From Piromyces finnis finn (lineage: Eukaryota > Fungi > Neocallimastigomycota): 64,000 bases of DNA. A program made the translations under genes and the position numbers. Where the stretch lies: NCBI GenBank assembly GCA_002104945.1, contig MCFH01000058.1, forward strand, positions 62,001-126,000, read 5' to 3'. Shown piece by piece: positions 1 through 10,702 of this stretch (positions are counted from its first letter, which is position 1; each line of letters starts with the position of its first letter). Under the pieces are notes generated by a model, which did no database searches, had not been told where the DNA came from, and saw only the letters and a program-made list of their open reading frames with translations.

Positions 1-2
1 GC

Positions 3-2813
3 AATTTTTTCAAGAAGAGAAGAAGGAGTGGATGAAGCAAAGCAGGAGCTGAAATTTTCGGGACGAAAGACAGAGTTATTAGAATCGGAATTGCAAGAGT
101 GATCAAGATAGTCAGGTCTTCTTGACAAGGCATCGGTTTTCCCGTTCGAGGAACCAGGGCGATATTCAATGACAAAATCGAATTCAGCAAGGAAAAGGGA
201 CCATCTAATTAATCTCTGAGTCATCTTCTCCGGTTTCTTCTGAAAAAGGAGGTTTCTGTGGTCTGATATAATTTTGAAAGGATGATTCGCACCTTTCAAA
301 AAATGTCTCCACACTTCTAAGGACGCGACGATAGCCAAAAGTTCTTTATCATAGATAGGGTAGTTCTTCTCCGGGTTTGTAAGGGATCTAGAAAAGAACG
401 CAACAGGGTGAAGAATATTGTCGGACTTGTTGACTTGAGACAATACAGCACCTATGGCGAAGTTACTTGCATCGGTTTCGACAACGAAAGGTAGGTCAAC
501 ATCAGGATATGCAAGGATAGGCTGACTAATAAAATGCTTAACCAAAGCATCAAAAGCATCTTGAGCGGTATCGTTCCAAACGAAGGCGGTGTTCTTCTTG
601 CAAAGTTGGTGGAGTGGGTGAGCAATCTTAGCAAAGCCAGGAATAAATCTACGATAATAGTTGGCTAAGCCTAGGAAAGATTGTAGCTCATGGACCGATT
701 TAGGAGTCGGCCATTCCGCAATGGCTTTCACCTTATTAGGGTCCATTCCGATACCAGAGGCAGAGATTCTATGACCAAGGAAGTCAAGACAAGGAGAGTC
801 GAATAGACATTTTTCAAGTTTAGCGTACAGTCCGGCTTCTTCGAGTCTACGAAGGACTTCATTGACGTGTTCATGATGTTCGGCTATATTATCAGAGAAA
901 ATGATAATATCGTCAATATACGAAAAGACGAATTTACCGATAATGCCTTCAAGAACGTCGTTAATAAAATGTTGGAAGACTGCAGGAGCGTTCTTGAGAC
1001 CGAAAGGCATTACCAGATATTCGAAATGGCCAAATTGACAGGTGAAGGCGGTCTTATATTCATCGCCTTCTTTGATTCTTACCAAGTTATAGGCGGATCG
1101 AAGATCTAGCTTCGAGAACACCTTAGCTTTTCCTAGATGATCCAACATGTCTTGGATCAATGGGAGAGGGTACGAGTTCCTAATGGTGATTTCGTTCAAG
1201 CGGCGGTAGTCGATACACATACGAAGTTCTCCACTCTTCTTCGGGACAAACAGAACGGGAGCACCAGCTGGCGATTTGGATTTGCGGATAAACCCCTTTT
1301 TTAAATTTTCATTAATGGTTTCTTCTAATACCTTTGATTCTTTCTCAGTAAGTCGGTAGATTGGACCATAAAACAAGTTGCTATTTGGTCTCAGGTTGAT
1401 CTCACAGTCGTACGGGCGATGAGGAGGGAGTTTATCAGCGAGCCTTTCCTCGAACACTTTGGAGTGTTGAGAGTAGTGAATTGGAATTTGGGGTGACTCA
1501 ACTTCAGGTTCTTCTAAACAAGTGAATACATTGAAAGGGTATTCAGGTGTATTTCCAACTGACATTTCGTCCTTCGATTGGTCTTCGAGTTCAGAAGTGG
1601 TAGAGCTAGCAGATTCTTTCCTTAAGCAATTTTCCTTACAGTATTCAGAATGATAGGAAACGTCCTTACTAGCAAAATTGATTGTCGGATTGTGAAGGGC
1701 CAGCCAATCAGAGCCAAGAATACAACAGTAAGAAGGCAATTCTACGACGTAAAATTGTAACTGGCATGAGTGATTCATGTGTTCCACAGTTATAGGCCAA
1801 GTCTGGCCGATAATCTTTTGGTGACCTCCGATACCTATAATTTGTGGGCATTTTACTTTGGTAATTATAGGGATCTCATGGGCCTTAACAAAGGCGTGGT
1901 CTATCAAACAGAATTGTGAACCACTATCTAAGAGAACTTTAGTTCCGACAGATTTGTATGGAAGAACAACATCAACATCGATAACAGTTTGAGGTAAAGA
2001 GGAGTTATCCGAAAGTCGAGTGGATTTTTCTTGTTCATTCAAAACATGGACCCCAGCATTATTAGTATGGTTTTCCTTTTTGGTTCTAATAGGGCATTCA
2101 GATAATCGGTGACCAGGTTTACCACAATATAAGCAGAGATTCTCTTTCATTCGGCGGCTACGTTCTTCACTTGAAATGGGGCCAAAATTATTTTCCTTCT
2201 TGGGCTGAGTGGATTTACTTGTAGATCTTTCTGAGGAGCGGGATTGGAAGCTTTGTTTAGAACGGAAACTTCTATTGGATCTTCTGTTTATTTCCTCTTG
2301 GTGGCATGCCAATCTACTTCCTATACGACTGGCTATTGTTTGTAAGTTTATCAAGGTAGAAGGGCCAGGAAACATCTGAAGGATATGGGTGGCGATTCTA
2401 TCGTCCAACCCATCAACAAAAGCATCCATCTTGGCTTGTTCATTCCAAGTGGATTCATCAGCATAGTAGTTAAATTCCTTGATATACTCTTGAGTATTGG
2501 ATAGGCCATGTTGTTTGATCTTCTTGAGCTTTTGGTTGGCAGTATAGACCATATCCTGAAAACCAAAAGCAGCCTTCAGCTTTCCAACAAAGGCGCCATA
2601 ATCCTGTAAGCAAGGATCATGGTTGTTAATCAAGGTAGCAGCCCAATTCATTGCATCCCCGTAGAGGCGACTAACGACGTAGAAGACCTTTTCTCCATCG
2701 TCCCTTCCTATTTCAGGATGGATCATAAAGATCATGTCCATTTTGGCTAAGAATCCCTTCAGGTAGCGACGGTTGCCATCAAAACCGTTCTTCAAATCAG
2801 CAGAGTTATCCAT
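3..2813 (-). CDS. gag-pol: A gag-pol polyprotein, partial (open to window edge, so absent from the ORF track)
   Basis: Hand translation from ATG 2813 (MDNSADLKNGFDGNRRYLKGF...) shows CCHC (CLYCGKPGHRLSEC), protease LLDSGS, RT YIDD and RNase H ETDAS/YDKELLA, with no stop to base 3. It is homologous to the G polyprotein. Confidence 0.9.
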   Translation of the reverse strand, partial: MDNSADLKNGFDGNRRYLKGFLAKMDMIFMIHPEIGRDDGEKVFYVVSRLYGDAMNWAATLINNHDPCLQDYGAFVGKLKAAFGFQDMVYTANQKLKKIKQHGLSNTQEYIKEFNYYADESTWNEQAKMDAFVDGLDDRIATHILQMFPGPSTLINLQTIASRIGSRLACHQEEINRRSNRSFRSKQSFQSRSSERSTSKSTQPKKENNFGPISSEERSRRMKENLCLYCGKPGHRLSECPIRTKKENHTNNAGVHVLNEQEKSTRLSDNSSLPQTVIDVDVVLPYKSVGTKVLLDSGSQFCLIDHAFVKAHEIPIITKVKCPQIIGIGGHQKIIGQTWPITVEHMNHSCQLQFYVVELPSYCCILGSDWLALHNPTINFASKDVSYHSEYCKENCLRKESASSTTSELEDQSKDEMSVGNTPEYPFNVFTCLEEPEVESPQIPIHYSQHSKVFEERLADKLPPHRPYDCEINLRPNSNLFYGPIYRLTEKESKVLEETINENLKKGFIRKSKSPAGAPVLFVPKKSGELRMCIDYRRLNEITIRNSYPLPLIQDMLDHLGKAKVFSKLDLRSAYNLVRIKEGDEYKTAFTCQFGHFEYLVMPFGLKNAPAVFQHFINDVLEGIIGKFVFSYIDDIIIFSDNIAEHHEHVNEVLRRLEEAGLYAKLEKCLFDSPCLDFLGHRISASGIGMDPNKVKAIAEWPTPKSVHELQSFLGLANYYRRFIPGFAKIAHPLHQLCKKNTAFVWNDTAQDAFDALVKHFISQPILAYPDVDLPFVVETDASNFAIGAVLSQVNKSDNILHPVAFFSRSLTNPEKNYPIYDKELLAIVASLEVWRHFLKGANHPFKIISDHRNLLFQKKPEKMTQRLIRWSLFLAEFDFVIEYRPGSSNGKTDALSRRPDYLDHSCNSDSNNSVFRPENFSSCFASSTPSSLLEKI

Positions 2814-2871
2814 AAAAAAAATTAGAAGTAAGCAAATAAACGAGGCACTGAGGTAGCGATCTTTTTCTTAG

Positions 2872-2883
2872 AGTGTTTTTATT
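2872..2883 (-). promoter_or_regulatory. A self-priming PBS
   Basis: AATAAAAACACT (sense) is a 12/12 complement of the LTR R-region sequence at 3057-3068. Confidence 0.75.
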
Positions 2884-3265
2884 GTAACGAAATATTATAA
2901 TAATAAACACACACACTCTAATGTATCAAATATATGTATTTTTTTTTTAATAATGTTTATTTATTAAATTTATTATTATAATACGACTAACTCGCTAGGT
3001 CAGTGTATTATCAAACTAAAGACGAAACAAAAAAAAACTAATTTTTATTAATTATTAATAAAAACACTAAAGAACTATTTTATCTTTCTTATTCTCTCTT
3101 TTATACATGAAAATTATTTTTTTTTTTTTTTTTTTTTTTAATACAATTTGATAAGTGAATTAATTACTTAATGATTGGTTATAAAAATATAATTATGAAA
3201 TTTTCATTAATCTAACCTTAATGATTTTCTAGTCTAACCCTTATCATTAGATATACCTCATTACA
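2883..3265 (-). repeat. A 5' LTR (383 bp, TGTAATG...GTTACA)
   Basis: TGTAA/TTACA inverted termini, TATAAAA at 3105-3099, and a PBS-like complement directly after the end. Confidence 0.8.
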
Positions 3266-3615
3266 AAGGTAAATATATAAAATTTTCTTTATATAAAAAT
3301 TTCATATAGAATAGTAAAATATTCTATGAAATTAATTAAATAATCAAGTTATAATAGTATAGAATAGATAGTTAATAGAATAGTTAAATATTCTCAATAT
3401 TTTATCTATTTAGAAATTATAACTTATTAAATAATAAAATAATATTAAAATAATAAATCAATATTCAATGTTGAAATATTATTTAAATATTATTAAATCA
3501 ATATTAAAATAAAATAAATAAATTATAATACTTAATAGTATAGTATTAATATAGTAAATTGATATATAAATATTATATATTAGATAAAATATATAGATAT
3601 TTTAAATAAGAAAAG

Positions 3616-3647
<32 letters not shown>

Positions 3648-5152
3648 TAGTATAGAAAAATTATTAGATAAATAGATTGATAATATTATAAATAAGATAG
3701 TTGAAAGAATTAATTATAATAATAAAATAGGTATATATACATTAGATATATATACATAAAAATAAATATATAATAAAAATAAATCAAAATAATAATAAAT
3801 AAAGATTTAAGTATATATATATAAAAAATATATATACACCAAACAAACCAAAAAAAAAAAAAAAAAAAAATTATAAATATAAAACTTTATAAATAAAAAT
3901 ACTTGTAAAAATATACTAGGAGCGTATAGAGCTCATATACAGAGTTTCAGTGTATAATTAACTAGTTTCAGTTGGTTAGAAACTATAGCTGTTAATCACT
4001 GAAGTATTTGTAAAAGTAGGACGAGTGTGAATAGCACGCTTACTTGGGGGAAGGGATTGTTAGTGTGATAAAAAGCACGCAATACAGGACTCTCAAGTTG
4101 AATACTTTTGTGAACTCTGGCGAATAAGGAACTTTAGTCACCGAAGGCTAAAGGTTTGTCGTGAAGGTAAAGCGACATAAAAATATATAGTTTAAATTTA
4201 TTTTGAGGTCTAGTATATCACCTCTAGTTAGTAGCTTTTGCCGGTTAATTAAATTGTTGTAAGGCACTAAAAAGCGAAAAATAAAACCTGTAAATAAAGT
4301 TTTATATTTAATTATTTTTTTTAAAAAAAGAAAAAGAAATACATAAATTATAATTATAAATTAATAATTATAATTTATAAATTAAAGATAAAAATCATTT
4401 AATAAAAATTATAAAATATAATCATCGGTCAAATAAAATTAAAAGTATTGTTATAAATTTTAAATAATAAAAGCAATAATATTGAGTTGTCTTTTTAGTT
4501 AATTTTCAGCGAAAAATAACTTTTGTTTATCTTTTCGGTTAATTAATTACTAAGATAATTAAAGTGTTTTATAGTAAGTTAGTAAGAGTGCAGTTTTATC
4601 ACATATCGTGGGGGAGTAGAGCGCTAACTAATAAGTAAATATTACACCACTTAATATTTATGACGGTTAGTTAGTGGAGGTCGAAAGGCACGGTGACGAA
4701 ACTGTCGGGTACTCTGAAGGTACTATAATAACATAATCAATATTATTTTCTGCCTTATAATAAAGAAATAAAAATAAACATCCTACTCTAAATTAAATAT
4801 TTTTTTTTATAACAATACTAATATATAAATAACTTGATATAAATAAAATATATTCTTAACATTTTCTCAAAAATAAAATCTTCTTAATTACAATAAAACT
4901 AAAACAAGTGTCTACAAGTAACAACCGATTACTCCTTTTATATTACATTATATAGACGTTATATAAGATTATATTAATAAAAGTATAATAAATAAAATAC
5001 CTGTAAATAAAATTATATTATTGTAAATAAAGACTATTGTAAATAAAAACATATTATTGTTCTTATAACTAAATTATTGAGAATAAATAAAAATTGAGTT
5101 TTTAAATAAAATATTATAATAAAATTAAATAAAATAAAAATAAAAAGTAATA

Positions 5153-6121
5153 ATGGATAATACTACTAAAGGTATTACCTTTAATAGAATACCTATTTTG
5201 GGTTCAACAAAGGTTGAATTTGATGATTGGGAATTTTCTTTCAAACATTGGTGTAATTTATACAAAGTACCAGAACAAGAAAAGTTAGAATACCTTATAT
5301 CATTAACTACGGGTACAGCTAGAACAATTGTAGTTAATGCATTAAATAAAGAAACACTAGATGATTATTATACCATCATCAAAAACCTTAAAAGTCATTT
5401 TAAAGGTTCCATACCAAAGAATTCAAGACTATTAGAATTATCTACTATTACGATAAAGAAAAATGAAAGTGTATCTGAATTCAATATTAAATTTGACTCT
5501 TTAATAAATAAAACAAACTTAAAAATGTCAAATGAAATCATATTGTCCTACTATATTAATGCTTTTAGAAACCTTACTAAAACTTACGAAGCACTTTTAG
5601 AAGCTGAACCAAAAAGTTTAGAAGAAGCCAGAAACATTACTATTAAGAAAGAGAAAATTTTCAATATAGTTGAAGAAAATAGACCAAAAATAAGAACTTC
5701 CATTAATTCTAGAAGGTCTCCAAATGATAATAATACTCAAAGAAATAATGATAGAGCATATTCAAATAAATTTAATAGTTATAACCGAATGAATAACAAT
5801 AACACTACTCAAAATAGTTTTAAAAATTATAATAATAGAAATTATACTAATAACTACAGAAATAATAATTATAATAGTAATATTCAAAATAATAACTACA
5901 ATAATGATAACAAAAATTATTCAAGATTTAATAATATTAATCAAAACGTTGAGCAAAGAAAAAGTACCTTAAAATACCCACAAAATAATGATGATGAGTT
6001 AAAAGAAATAACTCAAAAGCTTGCTGACCTAAAAATTAATGTTTGCTTAAATTGTAAAAGAATAGGTCATACTACGAATGATTGTCCAGAATTAGATGAC
6101 GAATACAATCATTTAAACTAA
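5153..6121 (+). CDS. gag: B1 Gag with Asn-rich region and C-terminal CCHC knuckle
   Basis: 322 aa ORF, retrotransposon gag-like core, CLNCKRIGHTTNDC. Confidence 0.9.
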   Translation: MDNTTKGITFNRIPILGSTKVEFDDWEFSFKHWCNLYKVPEQEKLEYLISLTTGTARTIVVNALNKETLDDYYTIIKNLKSHFKGSIPKNSRLLELSTITIKKNESVSEFNIKFDSLINKTNLKMSNEIILSYYINAFRNLTKTYEALLEAEPKSLEEARNITIKKEKIFNIVEENRPKIRTSINSRRSPNDNNTQRNNDRAYSNKFNSYNRMNNNNTTQNSFKNYNNRNYTNNYRNNNYNSNIQNNNYNNDNKNYSRFNNINQNVEQRKSTLKYPQNNDDELKEITQKLADLKINVCLNCKRIGHTTNDCPELDDEYNHLN

Positions 6122-6146
6122 ATAATGGGAGTAAGCAATCTCCCAT
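6112..6146 (+). promoter_or_regulatory. B1 -1 ribosomal frameshift signal
   Basis: T TTA AAC heptamer (6112-6118), 6-nt spacer, 7-bp stem ATGGGAG/CTCCCAT. The -1 frame is open from the slip site into pol. Confidence 0.85.
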
Positions 6147-9100
6147 AAAAACTAAAATTGCAAATAGTTCACAAAATACACAAGAAGCACAAATAAATTC
6201 TAATATCTCTAATGAAAATAATTATTCTATTAATGCGGCTCAAAAGAAGAAAATAAATGTTAAAACATTAGATAAAAATAAAATATCACCAAATAATAAA
6301 AGTATTGTCAAACCCTCAATACTTAACCAACCTAACATTAGGAATTTAAAACAACAAAAGAAGGCTATTAGAGATACTCGTAGAAGAAAAATTAGTGAAG
6401 ATAAAGATGAAGTTATGGAAGAAACCCCAAATGAAGAAATAGAAATAGAAAGTGAAGAAGAACAAAATAATACAAATGAAATACCTTTAGAAGAAGTTAC
6501 TAATACAAAAGAACATATCCAACCTATTGAAATTAATAACTCTAATGTTTCTACCAATGAAGAAACTTTTAAAAATAATAATGAAACAAATGATGTAAAA
6601 GTAAAGAAAAATTCTGTCAAACCCAAAGTAACCACAAAAAGAAATATGACAGAAATACAAATGTTAAAAACCAAAGATAAATTTAGTATAATTAAAGAAG
6701 CAAATAATTTATATCCAAAAATAAGTCTTTCCCAATTACTTTCTGCTAGTCCATCACTTAGAAAAGAATTAGAACAAGGATGTAAACCTAAAGTTGCAAA
6801 AGTGATGTACTCCTTTAATAACTCTAATATTCCATTAATAATTGGTGATATAGATGGAAAATATTTAAAAATTCTTTATGATACTGGCACAAATGTCAAT
6901 ATCATTACTACAAATGGTTTTAATAAACTATCAAATAAAAATATTGAAAAAAGTGATGAGGAACAAAATATAACTATTGCTAATGGTACTACTGTTCCTA
7001 CAAATGTTTTTACTACTTTAAAAATAAATATTAATAATTGTTGTACTATTTTAGAAAAATTTTATATTATTGAACAAAGTAATCCATACTTTGATATAAT
7101 TTTTGGAAGAGGTATTCAAAAGAAATACCGTTTATTTATTGACCCTGATGATGATTATATATACCAGAAAACTAAAAAAGGTTTAAAGAAAATTACAAAC
7201 ATTATCAATAGTAATGATAATGATGCTAATGATATTCCCTTAATGAATTCTATAATTATTTCAAAAGAAGAAAACCAAGAATTTCAAGATACGTTAAAAG
7301 AAATCTTAAATTCAACACCTGATAATATTAAATCAAAATTTGAACACATTATAAATAAATATAAAAATTGTATGGCTACATCAATGTCTCAATTAACTAC
7401 TGCGGATTTAGAACCTCATTCTATAATTACTACTACTAATAAACCAATAAAATTAAAACCTTATAAATTATCTAAGGAACATGCTGATATTTTAAAAAGT
7501 GAAATTCTTTCATTACTTGATAAAGGTTTAATTACTCCTTCTCACTCTCCATGGTCATTTCCAGTTTTACTTGTACAAAAGAAAAATGGTAAATGGAGAA
7601 TGTGTATTGATTATAGAAGACTTAATGAAATTACTATTAAGGATTCTTATGCACTTCCTTTTATTGATGAATTAATATCTTCTGTTAATGGTGCAAAAAT
7701 ATTTTCTGCTTTAGATTTATATTCTGGCTACCACCAAATTCCTATGAACCCAAATGATGTTGAGAAAACTGCTTTTACAACGAAATTTGGTAATTATAAT
7801 TTTAAAGTAATGCCATTTGGTTTAACTAATGCTCCCGTTACTTTCCAGCGAGAAATGAATAGGATTCTCTTACCATTAATTGGTAAATGTCTTTTTGTTT
7901 ACATTGATGATATTGTTGTTTATTCTAAATCACCAGAAGAACATCTTTATCATTTGCAACAAGTTTTTGAAATATTATCTAAATATAATCTTTCTCTTAA
8001 TTTACAAAAATGTAAATTCTTTCAAGAAAAGGTAGAAGTACTAGGACATGTACTTACACCTAACGGATTAAAAACTGTTCCTTCTAAAGTTCAAAGTATT
8101 GCTTTATGGAATGCTCCAAGAAATGTTAATAAACTAAGATCATTCCTAGGTTTAGCTAGTTACTACCGCAAATTTATTCAAAATTTTTCTATTAGAGCAA
8201 GCTCTCTTTTTAATTTATTAAAGAAAGACCAAGAATATATTTGGTCACAAGAATGTAATAATGCTTTTGAAGATATCCGACAATGTCTATTAAGTGATCC
8301 TATTTTAAGTTATCCTGATTTTAATAAAGAATTTATTATTCGTACTGATGCATCAACTAATGGCATTGGTGCTGTACTCTTACAGGTGGAGGGGGACAAA
8401 TTGGAACATCCAATTTGTTGTATTAGTCGTACTTTATCTACTTCAGAAAAAAATTATTCTGTTACTGATCTTGAAGGATTAGCTATTTATTATGCTATTT
8501 TACAATTCCGCCAATATATAGTAATAAAAATCCTACCAAATTAATTACCGATCATAAACCATCACTTGGATTTTATAAAAAGAATATTCCATCAAAAAGT
8601 AGACATGCAAGATGGATTGAAGAATTTAATAAATATAAAATTGAATTAAAATATGATAAAGGAAAGAAAAATGTTTTCGCGGATGCCCTTTCAAGATTAC
8701 CTTCTAAAAATTCTGATGAAATAGTAAATTGTGCTTATGCAATTTTGTCTGATTTTAATCCAAGAGATTTAGACCTACCTGAAGGAATAAAAAAATATTT
8801 TACTAAAAATTATCAAGTTGTTGATAATACTCTTTATTATAAAAAAGATGAATTATATCTTAAAGTTATTTACAAAGATGAAGATAAAAAAGATATTATT
8901 AGTCGTGCTCATTCTGTTGGTCATGAAGGTGCTGAAAAGACCACAAATAGAATTTTAAAATCTTATTATTGGCCTGGTATTTGGAATGATGTTAGAATGT
9001 GGGTAAAGTCCTGTAGAAAATGTCAACTTTGTAGACCTAAGCCTTTACCTAAAAATACTGAAGATAATATAACCCCAATTGAACAACCATTTACTAGAGT

Positions 9101-9959
9101 CGGATTAGATATAGTTGGCCCATTACCACTTACTAAACATGGAAATTCTTATATTATTACCCTTGTTGATTATTTCACTAAATGGGTTGAAGCTAAAGCA
9201 ATTCCAAATATGAAATCAGAAGAAGTAATAAAATTTTTAATAGAAGTAATAACAAGACATGGTCCACCAGAAATAATTGTTACTGATAATGGAAGTTCAT
9301 TTATTTCTGATATTACTAAAATGATGATTGATTTATATGGATCATGGGTTCATTTTGTTTCTCCTCATCATCCACAATCTAATGGTATGATTGAGAATAG
9401 AAACAAAGAAATAGGAAAAACTTTAAGACTCTTAATTGAAAATGAATCTGAATGGGATGAATATCTACCATCTGCATTATGGTCACTTAGAACTACCAAA
9501 AATTCAAAAACAAAGTTTAGTAGTTTCGAATTATTATATAGTAGAAGAGACACATGGCCATTAGAAATAATGTTTCCCGATATTTATAAAGATCCTAATG
9601 AAACAGAAGAAGAATATATTTTTAGAAGATTTTTAAGGCATCAAAATTGGGTAAAACAAGCTACTGAATATTCTAATCATGCTAATCAATATTGGGAACA
9701 TAGAATAGGTTTATCCAAAGCTTTAAAAAAGACTTATAAACCGGGTGATTATGTTATGATAAGATTAATAGGAAGAAGTAAATTAAATCCTTATTTTTAT
9801 GGTCCTTATAAAGTCGTTAATAAACAAAAATTTAATACTGTTGTACTTGAAGATCCACATACAGGAAAACTACTTGATAGAAATGTACATATTAAAAATA
9901 TTTTTCCTTACGTTCTACCAGAACAAAATTTAACTTCAAGGGACGAAGTTAATTCTTAA
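6112..9959 (+). pseudogene. pol: B1 pol (PR-RT-RNaseH-IN), one frameshift near 8520
   Basis: DTG protease, YIDD RT, TDAS RNase H, HHCC plus DDE integrase. The 6415-8544 and 8745-9959 ORFs join if 1 nt is restored at ~8520 (..PTKLITDHKP in the shifted frame). No chromodomain. Confidence 0.88.
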
Positions 9960-9971
9960 AAGGCCGAGAAA
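9958..9971 (+). promoter_or_regulatory. B1 polypurine tract (imperfect)
   Basis: AAAAGGCCGAGAAA directly before the 3' LTR start at 9973. Confidence 0.55.
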
Positions 9972-10063
9972 CTGATAAATAATGAAATTAATAAATATAA
10001 AATTATTATTATACCTGATTTTTAAGTTAACCCTAAAAGTAACTTAAAACAAGTTATAGTTTA

Positions 10064-10666
10064 TGTAATGGCGACACAGAAAGAATAGATTAGGATATCT
10101 ATTCTATTACAATAACACAAAATTTGAAAAATAAAATAAAAAATTGTTTTATAAAATATCTTTTATTATAATAGAATTTTAATAATAACAATTACATCGA
10201 TAAAATGATGAAAAATATCTTCTATTTATATTTTTCCTAAATACATTTATATTATATTATAACTATTTATTTCTTATATATTATTATTTAAAATCTACAC
10301 TAAAATCTTAATTATTAATAAATATTTAAACTATAACTATTTTTAGTAAAATACAATTGGCAATTCAAATTAAGTACTATTTAATTTGAATATGTGCCCA
10401 TGTATTATTGATATATTAATCATTTATTATTTATCTATTTCTATAAAAAAACAATACTAAAACTAGGGATTTAAATTGAGAATATTAATTTACTTGTTAA
10501 ACATTAAAAATAAATTAATAATTTATTTTGTTTTAAACTTTAATTATTAATAAATAAATTATGTCTCATTTTCTTTTTCTGAATATAATTTGTGTAACTT
10601 AAACAATAATACTTGTGGCTTAAGTTACATTAAAGATATCAAACAGAGGCGTTTGATATCTTTACA
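10064..10666 (-). repeat. C 3' LTR
   Basis: Direct repeat of 15666-16268; no differences seen by eye. Confidence 0.95.
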
Positions 10667-10702
10667 ATCTCTCTCTCTAAGTCGAGCTCCTGCGAGATTA
10701 AT

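Larger units (their letters stand above)
1..3265 (-). mobile_element. Element A: Ty3/Gypsy LTR retrotransposon, 5' half (runs off left edge), inserted into the leader of element B1
   Basis: 5' LTR 2883-3265, self-priming PBS, then an open gag-pol frame. The right flank (aaggtaaatat...) matches the B leader just after the PBS in copy B2 (41704). Confidence 0.93.

Noticed and set aside
3004-3265. Alternative shorter A LTR ending at TGTATT (3004)
   Set aside because: The 2883 boundary gives a better TIR (TGTAA) and an adjacent 12-nt self-priming match.
4660-4725. Hammerhead ribozyme in the B leader
   Set aside because: GAAA and CTGA are present, but there is no CUGANGA core with proper stems I-III.
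6240-6674. 144-aa hydrophobic antisense ORF, also at 44663-45097
   Set aside because: It is the shadow of the K/N/E-rich pol linker, conserved only because B1 and B2 are near-identical.
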